Origin: Fidelibacterota bacterium CG08_land_8_20_14_0_20_45_22
Lineage (GTDB): Bacteria > Fidelibacterota > UBA2242
Direction of reading: 5' to 3'
NCBI GenBank assembly: GCA_002774355.1
Contig: PEYN01000191.1
Coordinates: 1 to 63,912 of the forward strand
DNA: 63,912 nt
The notes under the pieces: generated by a model
Databases searched by the model: none
What the model was told of the DNA's origin: nothing
What the model saw: the letters and a program-made list of their open reading frames with translations, nothing else
Program-made: the position numbers and the translations under genes
In this document: positions 19,768 to 32,001 of the stretch, piece after piece
Position numbering within the stretch: position 1 is the first letter of the stretch
Layout of the letters: each line of letters starts with the position of its first letter

Positions 19768-20804
19768 TAATTTTCTCCTGTAAGTATTTGTCTGGCGGCA
19801 GATAGAATTTCGTCGATCGTGATATTTTCCATACAATATTGATGCTTTCTATAGCAAATTCGGTCGCCTTTTTGGGAACAAGGTCTGCAAAACAATTTCT
19901 TCTGAACCGTAATGCTCCTTTTACCGTAGTGTCCGGCTCCCGTTTCGTGCGAAGTGGGGCCCAGAATCAAAACGACCGTCACACCGACCGCTTCCGCGGC
20001 ATAAGTCAAGCCGGTATCATTTCCAATAACCAATACGCTTTCCTGAAGAATCGCGATGGATTCCTCGAGATTGGATTGCCCCGTGATTCGCGCGATTTTT
20101 CCAGATGGTAAATATTGGAGTTCATTTAGATAAGTATCGTTTTCCGAACCAAGATAGACGACAGACACTTGAAATTCCTCATGGATCCGCTTGGCGACTT
20201 CTTCCATTTTCGCTAACGGATAGCGTTTATTTTTCCATGCCGCGATGGCCAGAATAACAACAAACGGTTTGCTGATTGCATTTCGGCTCAAAATATCCAA
20301 TGCTTTTTGTCGAACCGTTTGATGCAGAAAAATTTCTGGCTTCGCATCTTTGGGTTTGATTTCCAGCGGCGCTAATGTTTTAAAATATTCGTTCATCAGC
20401 CGGAATGATCGCGGAAACAGATTGATCCAGCAATAAAAAAGAAGAAATCGACGGAGTCGCGGTTTATGATACCGAAGTCTTGGTGTTTTTCGTAGATAGA
20501 AGCCGAGAATTTTCGAGCGCAGATTATTGTGCATATCAACGAACAGGTCATATTTCTGCTCCCGAAAATACCGGCACAGCATCAGCCAACCTTTTAGACT
20601 GGGTTGAGCCTGATAGGTTATCACGTTGCTGAGAAACGAGTTGCCAACAACAAGGCTCTTAAACTCTTTTTTAACGACAAAATCAATCTGAGCAGATGGA
20701 AATCGCTCCCGGAATCGTCTGAAAATCGATGTCAATACGACAATGTCACCTAAAGATGAAAGTCTAATGATTAGGATTTTCTTCGGATCGTTTCGGAACT
20801 TCAA
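19767..20804 (-). CDS. glycosyltransferase family 9 (LPS heptosyltransferase-like)
   Basis: 345 aa. N-terminus KKILIIRLSSLGDIVVLTSIF, and C-terminal part GNDTGLTYAAEAVGV...C..C. It ends in TAG. Confidence 0.85.
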   Translation of the reverse strand: MKFRNDPKKILIIRLSSLGDIVVLTSIFRRFRERFPSAQIDFVVKKEFKSLVVGNSFLSNVITYQAQPSLKGWLMLCRYFREQKYDLFVDMHNNLRSKILGFYLRKTPRLRYHKPRLRRFLLFYCWINLFPRSFRLMNEYFKTLAPLEIKPKDAKPEIFLHQTVRQKALDILSRNAISKPFVVILAIAAWKNKRYPLAKMEEVAKRIHEEFQVSVVYLGSENDTYLNELQYLPSGKIARITGQSNLEESIAILQESVLVIGNDTGLTYAAEAVGVTVVLILGPTSHETGAGHYGKRSITVQKKLFCRPCSQKGDRICYRKHQYCMENITIDEILSAARQILTGEN

Positions 20805-21778
20805 CTTTTCCTCTGCTCGTTAAACTCGATCAGTCCGATAAGCGATTCTTTCGTGTCAGAATCGGGGAAAATATCCAACGCACTTCGCGCAGAAGTTGAA
20901 TATTCATGCATTTTCTCCTGTGCGAACTTAAGTCCGCCGTTCCGTTGAACGGTTGCTCGGATATTCCGGATTTCACGCCCTGAAGGATTCTCTCGCAGAT
21001 TCTTCCGGAGAAGCGTTCTTTCCGATTCCGACAAATTCTTTAATGTATAAATTAGAGGAAGCGTAATTAGATTCGACTTAATATCTCTGTCAACAGGTTT
21101 TCCAACTCGCCGCTTTTCACCAGAAAAATCGAAAAGGTCGTCTTTGATCTGAAATGCCATGCCCAGATTTCTACCATACTCGTAAAGATGCGCCGTCTGT
21201 TCGTCCGTCCCGTTCACGGAAATAGCGCCGATCTTACAAGATGTGGCAAAGAGACAGGCGGTTTTCGCCCAGATCATGCGATAATAAGAATCTTCATTTA
21301 TGCCATTCGTCATACTTTTTTCAATTTGGTAAATTTCTCCTGAACTGAGCAATTCAGAAGTTTCGCTCAGTAGTTCAAGCGCCTCAAAATTTCGAAGACT
21401 TAACATACTTCTCAGCGATTTACTAAACAGATAATCGCCTAAAAGCACTGATACTTTGTTTTTCCAAATTGCATTCACAGTCGGTTCGCCGCGTCGAGTG
21501 ATAGAATCGTCAACAATATCATCATGCACCAAAGTCGCCGTGTGCAGCATTTCAACAATACTCGCTGAAATGCTGGAAATCCGGTTCGGTCCACCGCAAA
21601 GTTTTGCCGATAGTAGCAAAAGCGCCGGCCTTAGGCGTTTACTGTTTTGTTTGATGAGGTAGTGCGTCATTTGTTCGATCAAATGAACGTCCGATCGCAA
21701 TGCCGATTCGAACTCTGTCGCAAACCGACTCATCTCATTCTCTATCGGTCGAAGCAATAGTTTTAATGTCTGGTTCAT
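20801..21778 (-). CDS. polyprenyl diphosphate synthase (IspB-like)
   Basis: It carries both Asp-rich motifs, LVHDDIVDD and FQIKDDLFD. The start was moved to MNQTLKLL (21778), because the track extension overlaps tatC. Confidence 0.88.
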   Translation of the reverse strand: MNQTLKLLLRPIENEMSRFATEFESALRSDVHLIEQMTHYLIKQNSKRLRPALLLLSAKLCGGPNRISSISASIVEMLHTATLVHDDIVDDSITRRGEPTVNAIWKNKVSVLLGDYLFSKSLRSMLSLRNFEALELLSETSELLSSGEIYQIEKSMTNGINEDSYYRMIWAKTACLFATSCKIGAISVNGTDEQTAHLYEYGRNLGMAFQIKDDLFDFSGEKRRVGKPVDRDIKSNLITLPLIYTLKNLSESERTLLRKNLRENPSGREIRNIRATVQRNGGLKFAQEKMHEYSTSARSALDIFPDSDTKESLIGLIEFNEQRKS

Positions 21779-21803
21779 TACATACCCAGTCCCATAGCGG
21801 CTT

Positions 21804-22580
21804 TTAAACCGCCACCGCCTTCTCAGACGAGCGAAGCGCAAACCGGGAAACGATTATACTCAGTTCATATAAAAACACCAATGGAATAGTCATGACTATC
21901 ATGCTAAATGGATCGGGCGGTGTGATTGCCGCCGCCAAAACAAGAATGGCCATAAAAGCATAACGCCACGACCTTCGCAAAAAACTTGGCGACACGAGTC
22001 CCATTTTTGTGAGAATATAAGACACTACAGGCAATTGAAAAATCAATCCGGTCCCGACGATCAACTGCGTGACAAACTTGGCATAAAACTCGATGGAAAT
22101 ATTTTTTTGAACATCCGGCACACCGACTCCGATGAGAAATTTCATCGCGAAAGGAACCAGCACGGTATAAGCAAACAGAGCGCCCAATAGAAAAAATGCC
22201 GTGATGCTGACGACTAACCACGGACCCCAATTCTTTTCTTTTTGGTAAAGACCTGGCGCGACAAACGCCCAAAGCTGGTAGCCAAGAACTGGAATCGAAA
22301 AGACGATTCCAACAACAAATGCTATCCAGAATTTCAGCATCAGCAGACCCTGAACTTTCAGAACCTGAATTTTCATATCCAATTCTTTAGAGGGTTCAAT
22401 CAACAAATTGAGGAAGAAATCTGAGAAAAAAAATCCGGCGATTGTGAATACAAAAACGGCGATAAGAATCTTGATCAGACGCCAGCGAAGTTCTTCCAGA
22501 TGGTCTAAAAATCCCATCTCAGTAGAATCTTCGGAGGAATCTTTGCGGCTATATTTCATTGATTTATCAGTCATCTTCAT
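21804..22580 (-). CDS. tatC: twin-arginine translocase subunit TatC
   Basis: 258 aa. It has the typical N-terminus FLDHLEELRWRLIK and six TM segments. No tatA gene is adjacent. Confidence 0.92.
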   Translation of the reverse strand: MKMTDKSMKYSRKDSSEDSTEMGFLDHLEELRWRLIKILIAVFVFTIAGFFFSDFFLNLLIEPSKELDMKIQVLKVQGLLMLKFWIAFVVGIVFSIPVLGYQLWAFVAPGLYQKEKNWGPWLVVSITAFFLLGALFAYTVLVPFAMKFLIGVGVPDVQKNISIEFYAKFVTQLIVGTGLIFQLPVVSYILTKMGLVSPSFLRRSWRYAFMAILVLAAAITPPDPFSMIVMTIPLVFLYELSIIVSRFALRSSEKAVAV

Positions 22581-22749
22581 AATCCGGTAGTCCCATTCTT
22601 AACCCAACCCGGATCTCTTCCATCTCGCGCTCTATTATCAAAATCACACACAAATAAAAAATAACGGCTTATCCAAAAACCCACTCATCCAAGCATATCA
22701 ACAAAATCGTGGCAATCCAGCTTCCATACAACTAATCCGGAAGCCACTA

Positions 22750-23427
22750 TTAACCGAATTGTTTCTGAAAATTTTCGTAGTTGGTGATAATGAGCTTTCG
22801 ACCTTTTCTCTGAACGAAGCCTTTTTTCTGGAGAAGATTGAGCATCCGCGAAACCGTTTCTCTGGAAGTGCCAGCCATATTGGCGATGTCTTGCTGATAC
22901 GGCAGATTTTCGATGACGACTTGCCCCATCTTAATGACGCCTATATCTTCCGCAAGGCGGATAATACTCATCGCGATTCGGTTTTCCGCATCGCTAAGCG
23001 AAAGACCTTCGATTTGTTGGTCGGATTTTCTGAGACGACGAGCAAGTTCCTGAAGCAAATTGATAGCGATTTTCGGATGTTTTTCCAGCAAATCAAGAAA
23101 ATCACCGCGTTTGAGAATAAACACTTCCGTATCTTCGAGGGCAATGACATTTGCCGACCGGCTTTCACCGTCAAATATTGACATCTCACCGAAGAAATCA
23201 CCCTCGCCGAGAATCGAAAGAATAACCTCTCTCCCATCGTCGCTAAGCCTGGTTATTTTCACGCTTCCCTTATTCAGGAAAAATAGTGTATCCCCGACAT
23301 CTTCTTCCATCAGGATAACATTGTTTTTCCGGTAAATACGTTTTTGCATCAATTCAGTGATTTTCTCAAGTATATCATCCTTGAGTTCAGAAAACATCGG
23401 AATATCTTTTAAAAATAGATGGTTCAT
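22750..23427 (-). CDS. Crp/Fnr-family transcriptional regulator
   Basis: 225 aa. It has a cNMP-binding fold (GEGDFFGEMSIFDG..RSA) and a C-terminal HTH (DIANMAGTSRETVSRMLNLLQKKG). There is no N-terminal Fe-S Cys cluster. Confidence 0.88.
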   Translation of the reverse strand: MNHLFLKDIPMFSELKDDILEKITELMQKRIYRKNNVILMEEDVGDTLFFLNKGSVKITRLSDDGREVILSILGEGDFFGEMSIFDGESRSANVIALEDTEVFILKRGDFLDLLEKHPKIAINLLQELARRLRKSDQQIEGLSLSDAENRIAMSIIRLAEDIGVIKMGQVVIENLPYQQDIANMAGTSRETVSRMLNLLQKKGFVQRKGRKLIITNYENFQKQFG

Positions 23428-23502
23428 TTATTATTCTCCCTACACATTAAGTAATAGTCGCCCATAAAATTGACAAGGAATATTTTCTCCAATGCCCAAC
23501 GT

Positions 23503-23862
23503 CTATTCGGTTTTTCTCTTCTTCCCATCTTTTGGTTTTGTGAATTTGGCAATGAGTTCCGGAAGCGCTTCAAAAACCTTCCCCAGCCCGACTTCATTGC
23601 TTTTCAAGCGATGAATTTTTACCTCATCCCTCGACACCGTAATGATCGCGATGGGTTCGATAACCGCTCCGCCACCCGTTCCACTCGCATTTCCCTTATC
23701 CTTGCTGTCCGCCGAACCGGCTCCCGCTCCAAATCCCAGCGAAATCTTGGTAATGGGAATCACAGTAGTCTCACCAACCTGAATTGGTTTGCCGACGACT
23801 GTCTCCGAAGTGACGATGTCTTTCAGCCGGTTCAGTAGCGCGTCAATGATTCCTTCCAACAT
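23503..23862 (-). CDS. GerW/YtfJ-family protein
   Basis: 119 aa. VVGKPIQVGETTVIPITKISLGFGAGAGS...GGGAVIEPIAIITV matches the YtfJ/GerW signature. It ends in TAG. Confidence 0.75.
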   Translation of the reverse strand: MLEGIIDALLNRLKDIVTSETVVGKPIQVGETTVIPITKISLGFGAGAGSADSKDKGNASGTGGGAVIEPIAIITVSRDEVKIHRLKSNEVGLGKVFEALPELIAKFTKPKDGKKRKTE

Positions 23863-24502
23863 GTCTTTTTCTCCTCTTTTTAAAAATTTGAACGATCAAT
23901 TTTCCAGCAATAAAAATAACGATTCTTACAACATGAATCAAACGAATTGAACCAATCAGATCAATTGTCCCTAAAAACTTTTTTTCAACAAACGATGGCT
24001 CGATCCGAATCTTCTGCCCAAACTGAAGCCATTCATGTAGTGAATAGTAGGCACCCATCAAATAGCCAGTCGCGGCTGGATTATCCAGACCAATCTCCAA
24101 ATCAGCGGCTATGTTTACTTCCTTCGGTATCTTCAAAAAGCGTAGGACAACCGCTTTCCCGATCGAAATCCATTCATGAACAGTAAACAGCGGCGATTTT
24201 TCCTTAGACTTTTCGGGCTTTTTCGGCTTTGATTTAGCAACTTTTTTCTTTTTTGATGGAAATTTCCGCAGGATACAAATTTTACTATTCGCGACAACTA
24301 AAAAGATTTTTAATACATCCGCTTCAAACTGAACCATGACGCCGACAATTCCGCCGAAAAACATGACCCGAGTAAAAACTTTCTTTTTATCAGGAATCAT
24401 TGTTAGACGAATCACAAACACCGTTTGAGTGATAAAAATCAAAAACAGGAGAAAAATCATGGCTAAAAGCATCGTCATAATCAGTTTTAGGAAAAATATC
24501 AC
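23843..24502 (-). CDS. membrane protein, YtfI/DUF2953-like
   Basis: 219 aa with an N-terminal TM region and a Lys-rich linker. It lies directly upstream of and overlaps the YtfJ-like gene, as ytfI-ytfJ do in Bacillus. The call rests mainly on synteny. Confidence 0.45.
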   Translation of the reverse strand: MIFFLKLIMTMLLAMIFLLFLIFITQTVFVIRLTMIPDKKKVFTRVMFFGGIVGVMVQFEADVLKIFLVVANSKICILRKFPSKKKKVAKSKPKKPEKSKEKSPLFTVHEWISIGKAVVLRFLKIPKEVNIAADLEIGLDNPAATGYLMGAYYSLHEWLQFGQKIRIEPSFVEKKFLGTIDLIGSIRLIHVVRIVIFIAGKLIVQIFKKRRKRHVGRNH

Positions 24503-24585
24503 CGTATTCTCCGTTTTTTCATTTGAAAATCTTCATCATTATAAATAAATTTCCACACTTTTTGATAACTTTTGAAAGGAGTTCA

Positions 24586-24840
24586 ATGAGCAAAAAAAGA
24601 AGTGTACAAAAACGTATCCGTCAGGCTGAGAAATCCAGACTGCGCAACAGACAATATAAATCGATCATGAAATCCATGATCAAAAAGGTAAAAGCCGCCG
24701 CTACGAAAGCCGAAGCCGAACCTCTGTATCGCGAGGCTGTATCCATCATCGATTCGATCTCGGGAAAAGGCGTTCTTCACCGCAACAACGCCGCGAACAA
24801 AAAGTCCAAACTCGCCGATATTATCAATAAGTTGCCCTAA
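24586..24840 (+). CDS. rpsT: 30S ribosomal protein S20
   Basis: MSKKRSVQKRIRQAEKSRLRNRQYKS... An AAAGGAG Shine-Dalgarno site lies 6 nt upstream. The track ORF start at 24523 is a spurious extension. Confidence 0.93.
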   Translation: MSKKRSVQKRIRQAEKSRLRNRQYKSIMKSMIKKVKAAATKAEAEPLYREAVSIIDSISGKGVLHRNNAANKKSKLADIINKLP

Positions 24841-24881
24841 CGATCTCTTTATCATTTCGGCTATTCGTCTAACTTTTATAT

Positions 24882-27909
<3,028 letters not shown>

Positions 27910-28061
27910 GCCGAGAAGTTATTAAACAACTGGTAATCAATCAAGAACTACATCGTCGGAGAATGTACGCTTAATTAGCCGGATTTTCCGCCAGATGCCA
28001 ACCGACCCCTTGATTATCTCAAAAGAATCATCTAAATTAATTTCAGGCTGATGAGGTCACA

Positions 28062-28469
28062 ATGAAAAAAATGAAATTCTTATTCGCTCTCGGGATTCTC
28101 TTGACGACTGTATTCGCCCAGCAGGCGATTCAGATCAGCGACGTCGTTGTCGCGCAGCTCGATAACGATCTTCTTCGGATTACCGTTGAGGTCGAAAACA
28201 TCTCCCAAAAATCAATCGGCGAGATCAGTGGCGTGATCGATATTTTGGACAATTACGGAAAAACCATCGACAAAAAAAGTCTGTCAGTTGTCAGCATTCA
28301 TGATGTACCGTTGGAATCGGGAAAAAGCCGTGAGAGAAGCATCGTTATCACACAGCGTCCGAATATGTCAGGTGCGGTGCGCTACCGCGTGACCAAGTTA
28401 CGGTTTTTCGGAGATCAGACAGTTTATATGGTTTGCCCGTACTGCAACGAGATCATTCCGACGGAATAA
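28062..28469 (+). CDS. small secreted protein, unknown function
   Basis: 135 aa with signal peptide MKKMKFLFALGILLTTVFA/QQ, a beta-rich body and a C-terminal CPYC motif. Confidence 0.6.
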   Translation: MKKMKFLFALGILLTTVFAQQAIQISDVVVAQLDNDLLRITVEVENISQKSIGEISGVIDILDNYGKTIDKKSLSVVSIHDVPLESGKSRERSIVITQRPNMSGAVRYRVTKLRFFGDQTVYMVCPYCNEIIPTE

Positions 28470-28908
28470 TCAAGCGCTTCGTTAACTCATTAATCCATTT
28501 TTTACTATCACGGATAAACTGTTCCACTTCTTTTCCGGAGTAATTCAATTGAAGCATTCTTGTAGCGATAAACGCTGAAGGAATCGGCACGTATTTTCTT
28601 GTTTCATCGCGGTAAAACTCATCCAGTCCTTCGATTAATTCGCGCGACGGCGCAGGCTGAATCAAATCTTTGAATGTCGAATCCGCAACCCGGGAGTCGA
28701 TCGACACCGCTTTCAATTCATAAAAAAGTTTTCCATCGAGCAAACCGCTCAGATACGCGCTCTTGATCCAAACTGCATATTCCGGATATTCTCGTGTTAC
28801 TTTCGTTACGGAAATCCAGTCATATCCGTCCCAAAAAACTTTGTTTTCCTGAGCATTTCCATTTATAAACAGAACGAAAAAAATCAACCCGTAACTCAGC
28901 TGTTTCAT
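28453..28908 (-). CDS. small secreted protein, unknown function
   Basis: 151 aa with signal peptide MKQLSYGLIFFVLFINGNA/QE. It converges on the previous gene and overlaps it by 17 nt. Confidence 0.6.
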   Translation of the reverse strand: MKQLSYGLIFFVLFINGNAQENKVFWDGYDWISVTKVTREYPEYAVWIKSAYLSGLLDGKLFYELKAVSIDSRVADSTFKDLIQPAPSRELIEGLDEFYRDETRKYVPIPSAFIATRMLQLNYSGKEVEQFIRDSKKWINELTKRLIIPSE

Positions 28909-28922
28909 TTTACCTCATTGAT

Positions 28923-29780
28923 TTATTTTAAATCATTGCGTTTTTCGGATATTTTGCGTCTTTCCGTTGAAAGTAAATGTTGAGTGATCTTCAAAAATGT
29001 CTCGTAAAGCTCTTTTAGGTCTTCATGGCTCTTCAGAAATTCGAGGTGTTTTTCGATCGTTTTCAGGTCGCCGCGAGCCGCCGGTCCAGTCAACGCATCC
29101 AATAACGGCCTCTGCCAGCCAACTTCGACCGATTGTTCGGAAAAACCTTTTAGCAATAGATTTGATAGTTCCTCCGATAAGCCTTTTTCCCTGCAGAGGT
29201 TTTTCACTACGGCGATCAGCGAAACCGAATAGTTCTGTAAAAAAACTGCCGAAACGTGAACCAACTGCTTTTGTTCAGACGTAAGCGGTAAGCCTAACTT
29301 CCCGATTTTAGAAGTTAACTGAATGAGTTCAGAATCGATCTCTCCTTCGCATGCAAATATTCCCGTTGAAAACCGCTGAATGCCCGTCTCAATGTCCGGC
29401 GCGCTGAGCACCGGATGACACGAACCGACCCGACAGCCGCGCTTTTTGAGCGGTTTTAAAATTTCCGAATTTAAAAATCCGGATGTATGAAACGCCAAAC
29501 ATCCGTTAAAATTGACTGGTAATTTGGCAAGATTCTGCGCAACGGTTTCAATCGCATCGTCAGAAACCGAGATAATCAACCAATCTGTCGGTTTATCGAA
29601 ATCGCCAATCTGTGTCGTGGTCACTTCAAACCGAATCCATTTTTCGGCTTGTTCAAGCCTTATTGAAGAGCGATTCCATAAAAATTGTGGAATCAAACCG
29701 TTCTTTTGAAGATGATATGCAAAAGAAATCCCGATGCGGCTGGCTCCGAAAATACTAAACGTGTGATGGGCGCATATCAT
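28923..29780 (-). CDS. Rossmann-fold plus DUF2520 domain protein (P5C-reductase-like)
   Basis: 285 aa with an N-terminal dinucleotide-binding loop (IFGASRIGISFA) and C-terminal LTGPAARGDLKTIEKHL, typical of DUF2520. Confidence 0.7.
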   Translation of the reverse strand: MICAHHTFSIFGASRIGISFAYHLQKNGLIPQFLWNRSSIRLEQAEKWIRFEVTTTQIGDFDKPTDWLIISVSDDAIETVAQNLAKLPVNFNGCLAFHTSGFLNSEILKPLKKRGCRVGSCHPVLSAPDIETGIQRFSTGIFACEGEIDSELIQLTSKIGKLGLPLTSEQKQLVHVSAVFLQNYSVSLIAVVKNLCREKGLSEELSNLLLKGFSEQSVEVGWQRPLLDALTGPAARGDLKTIEKHLEFLKSHEDLKELYETFLKITQHLLSTERRKISEKRNDLK

Positions 29781-29804
29781 TTTCGGTACTTTCTGATAAA
29801 TCGA

Positions 29805-30644
29805 TTAAAGTTCAAACACAGCCGCCGATAAATATCCGACCACCTGATCGCCGAGGCCGACCGTATCGCCCAAATTCCGGTAGTCCAGCGTCTTACATCT
29901 GGCTTTCCCCAAAATCTTGGCATATTTAAGCAACGTCAGGATCGGCGCTAATCCGCAGGCTTCCAGCGAGTTGTTCTCATAACCGGATTCCAACGCGCTT
30001 AAATCATATTTTTCCAAAAGTGAAATAAGATGTTTGTCCATTTTAACCGCTTCTGGATACGGATGATAATGAGAAAGATCCGAACTCGCCACAACGACGA
30101 ATTCAATCTTTTCAAAGACTTCCGCAAGGATAAGCGCAAATTCATCGAGTTCGTTCATGGTCGCCGAGCCAATGACGATTGGAATAAGCGAAAACTCAGG
30201 GAAAATACATTGAAGAAACGGAAGTTGAACCTCGATCGCGTGTTCAGTCTGATGCCCTTTCACCGAACGATAAACGACTCCGCCGCGTTCGGTCAGCAGG
30301 TCGCAGATTTTCTGATCGACCGGAATTTCGCCCATCGGCGTTTGGTAGGCTTTCCCTGAAAAAACCGAAATCCCCCGGAAATATTCATGATGACTCGGAG
30401 CGATCACAACGATTTTTGAAAACGGGTGCTTCCGTAAAAAACGATAACCGACAGCGGCAACCGGTCCCGACGCGACATATCCGGCATGCGGTGAGATGAT
30501 CCCAAACAAACGCTTCAACGTAATGATCGATTCCGACGCCGACTCCAGATATTGAACGACTGCCTTCTCGAGCGAGGTGGCGTTCCCTGGATAAAACGTG
30601 CCCGCAACGGCAGGCTTTCTTATCGATTTCGGATCAACCTTCAT
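29805..30644 (-). CDS. MEMO1 / AmmeMemoRadiSam system protein B family
   Basis: 279 aa with VAGTFYPGN and ISPHAGYVASG motifs. Confidence 0.8.
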   Translation of the reverse strand: MKVDPKSIRKPAVAGTFYPGNATSLEKAVVQYLESASESIITLKRLFGIISPHAGYVASGPVAAVGYRFLRKHPFSKIVVIAPSHHEYFRGISVFSGKAYQTPMGEIPVDQKICDLLTERGGVVYRSVKGHQTEHAIEVQLPFLQCIFPEFSLIPIVIGSATMNELDEFALILAEVFEKIEFVVVASSDLSHYHPYPEAVKMDKHLISLLEKYDLSALESGYENNSLEACGLAPILTLLKYAKILGKARCKTLDYRNLGDTVGLGDQVVGYLSAAVFEL

Positions 30645-30699
30645 ACTTCACCTTTTGTATTAAAGGTAGCCTACAAATAATTCAAAGTCAAGCGTCGAT

Positions 30700-32001
30700 T
30701 TACTCCTCTCGAAGAACGGGTTGAATAGCCGCTTTTCCAAACTTCCGATGAATCTGTTCCCATATTTTCCGGTTGATTATTATCTCCAACAAAATATGTT
30801 CATCGGAATATTTTTCGGACAGGATAAACGCATGGTCCCGAACATAGGCAATATCGCGAACCTCCGATAGCGGAATCTGAATCATCATTTGAATTTCCAT
30901 CTTTTTTAACTCCGCAATGACAGCACGCCGCAGATCATCAGTCTTTAAGCGGTTCAACGCCGATAAAAAGACCGCATCTGGATAGATTCGTTTCGCATCC
31001 GAAAAAATCTCTTTATCCATCCGATCGATCTTGTTAAACACGACGATTGACGGTTTGTGACTGACCTTCAAATCTGCCATTACTTCTTCAACAGTTTGTA
31101 GATGAACTAAACATTGCGGATGGCTGATGTCAGCAACTTTCACAATGAGATCGGCTTCTTCGATTTCCTTCAGCGTGCCTCGAAACGAAGCGACCAGATG
31201 ATGCGGCAATTTACGGATGAAGCCGACCGTATCACTGAGCAAAATCCGGTGAAATTTATCGAGTTGGCATTGTCGGACGGTCGTGTCTAATGTAGCGAAT
31301 AATTTATCCTCGACGAGAACTTCCGAGCCTGTGAAAAGATTCATAAGTGTAGATTTTCCCGCATTCGTATAACCGACGAGCGAAACATTGTAATTTCCGC
31401 GTCGACTTTTTCGCTGTACCACGCGATCGTTTTCGATCCTTTGCAGTTCTTTTTTCAATCGGGAAATGCGAACTTTGATCAGCCGTTTGTCCGTTTCTAT
31501 TTGCGTTTCGCCCGCTCCGCCGCGCACATTGATTCCGCCGATCTGCCGCTCCAGATGCGTCCAGCGACGTGTTAACCGTGGAAGCAGATATTCAAGCGTT
31601 GCCAGTTCGACCTGCGTTTTCGCTTCGCGCGTCCGCGCATGGCTGGCAAAGATTTCTAAGATGATTCCGCTTCGGTCGCGGATTTCCATTTCCAAAGCAC
31701 GTTCAAGATTTCGCATCTGCGTTGGCGACAGGTCATCATTAAAAACGATCTCGTCGATTTTGAGTTCTTCAAGCAGATTTTTAATCTCGGCAACTTTTCC
31801 GCTTCCAATGAAAGTCGCCGGATCGATTCGTTTGAGCGGAACGGTCAGAATTTCACCATCGTAATTCAGCGTTGCGACTAACAATCGTAGTTCTTCCAGT
31901 TGCTCCGCAATGGTTCCGGATGACTGATCGGCTGTCACTGCGCCAATCAAAAGCACCCGTTCCATTTCCTGACTCTGCTTCTCAGGAATATTATTCATCA
32001 T
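30700..32001 (-). CDS. hflX: GTPase HflX
   Basis: 433 aa with an HflX N-domain, G1 GYTNAGKSTLMN, G3 DTVGF and G4 NKID. Confidence 0.93.
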   Translation of the reverse strand: MMNNIPEKQSQEMERVLLIGAVTADQSSGTIAEQLEELRLLVATLNYDGEILTVPLKRIDPATFIGSGKVAEIKNLLEELKIDEIVFNDDLSPTQMRNLERALEMEIRDRSGIILEIFASHARTREAKTQVELATLEYLLPRLTRRWTHLERQIGGINVRGGAGETQIETDKRLIKVRISRLKKELQRIENDRVVQRKSRRGNYNVSLVGYTNAGKSTLMNLFTGSEVLVEDKLFATLDTTVRQCQLDKFHRILLSDTVGFIRKLPHHLVASFRGTLKEIEEADLIVKVADISHPQCLVHLQTVEEVMADLKVSHKPSIVVFNKIDRMDKEIFSDAKRIYPDAVFLSALNRLKTDDLRRAVIAELKKMEIQMMIQIPLSEVRDIAYVRDHAFILSEKYSDEHILLEIIINRKIWEQIHRKFGKAAIQPVLREE

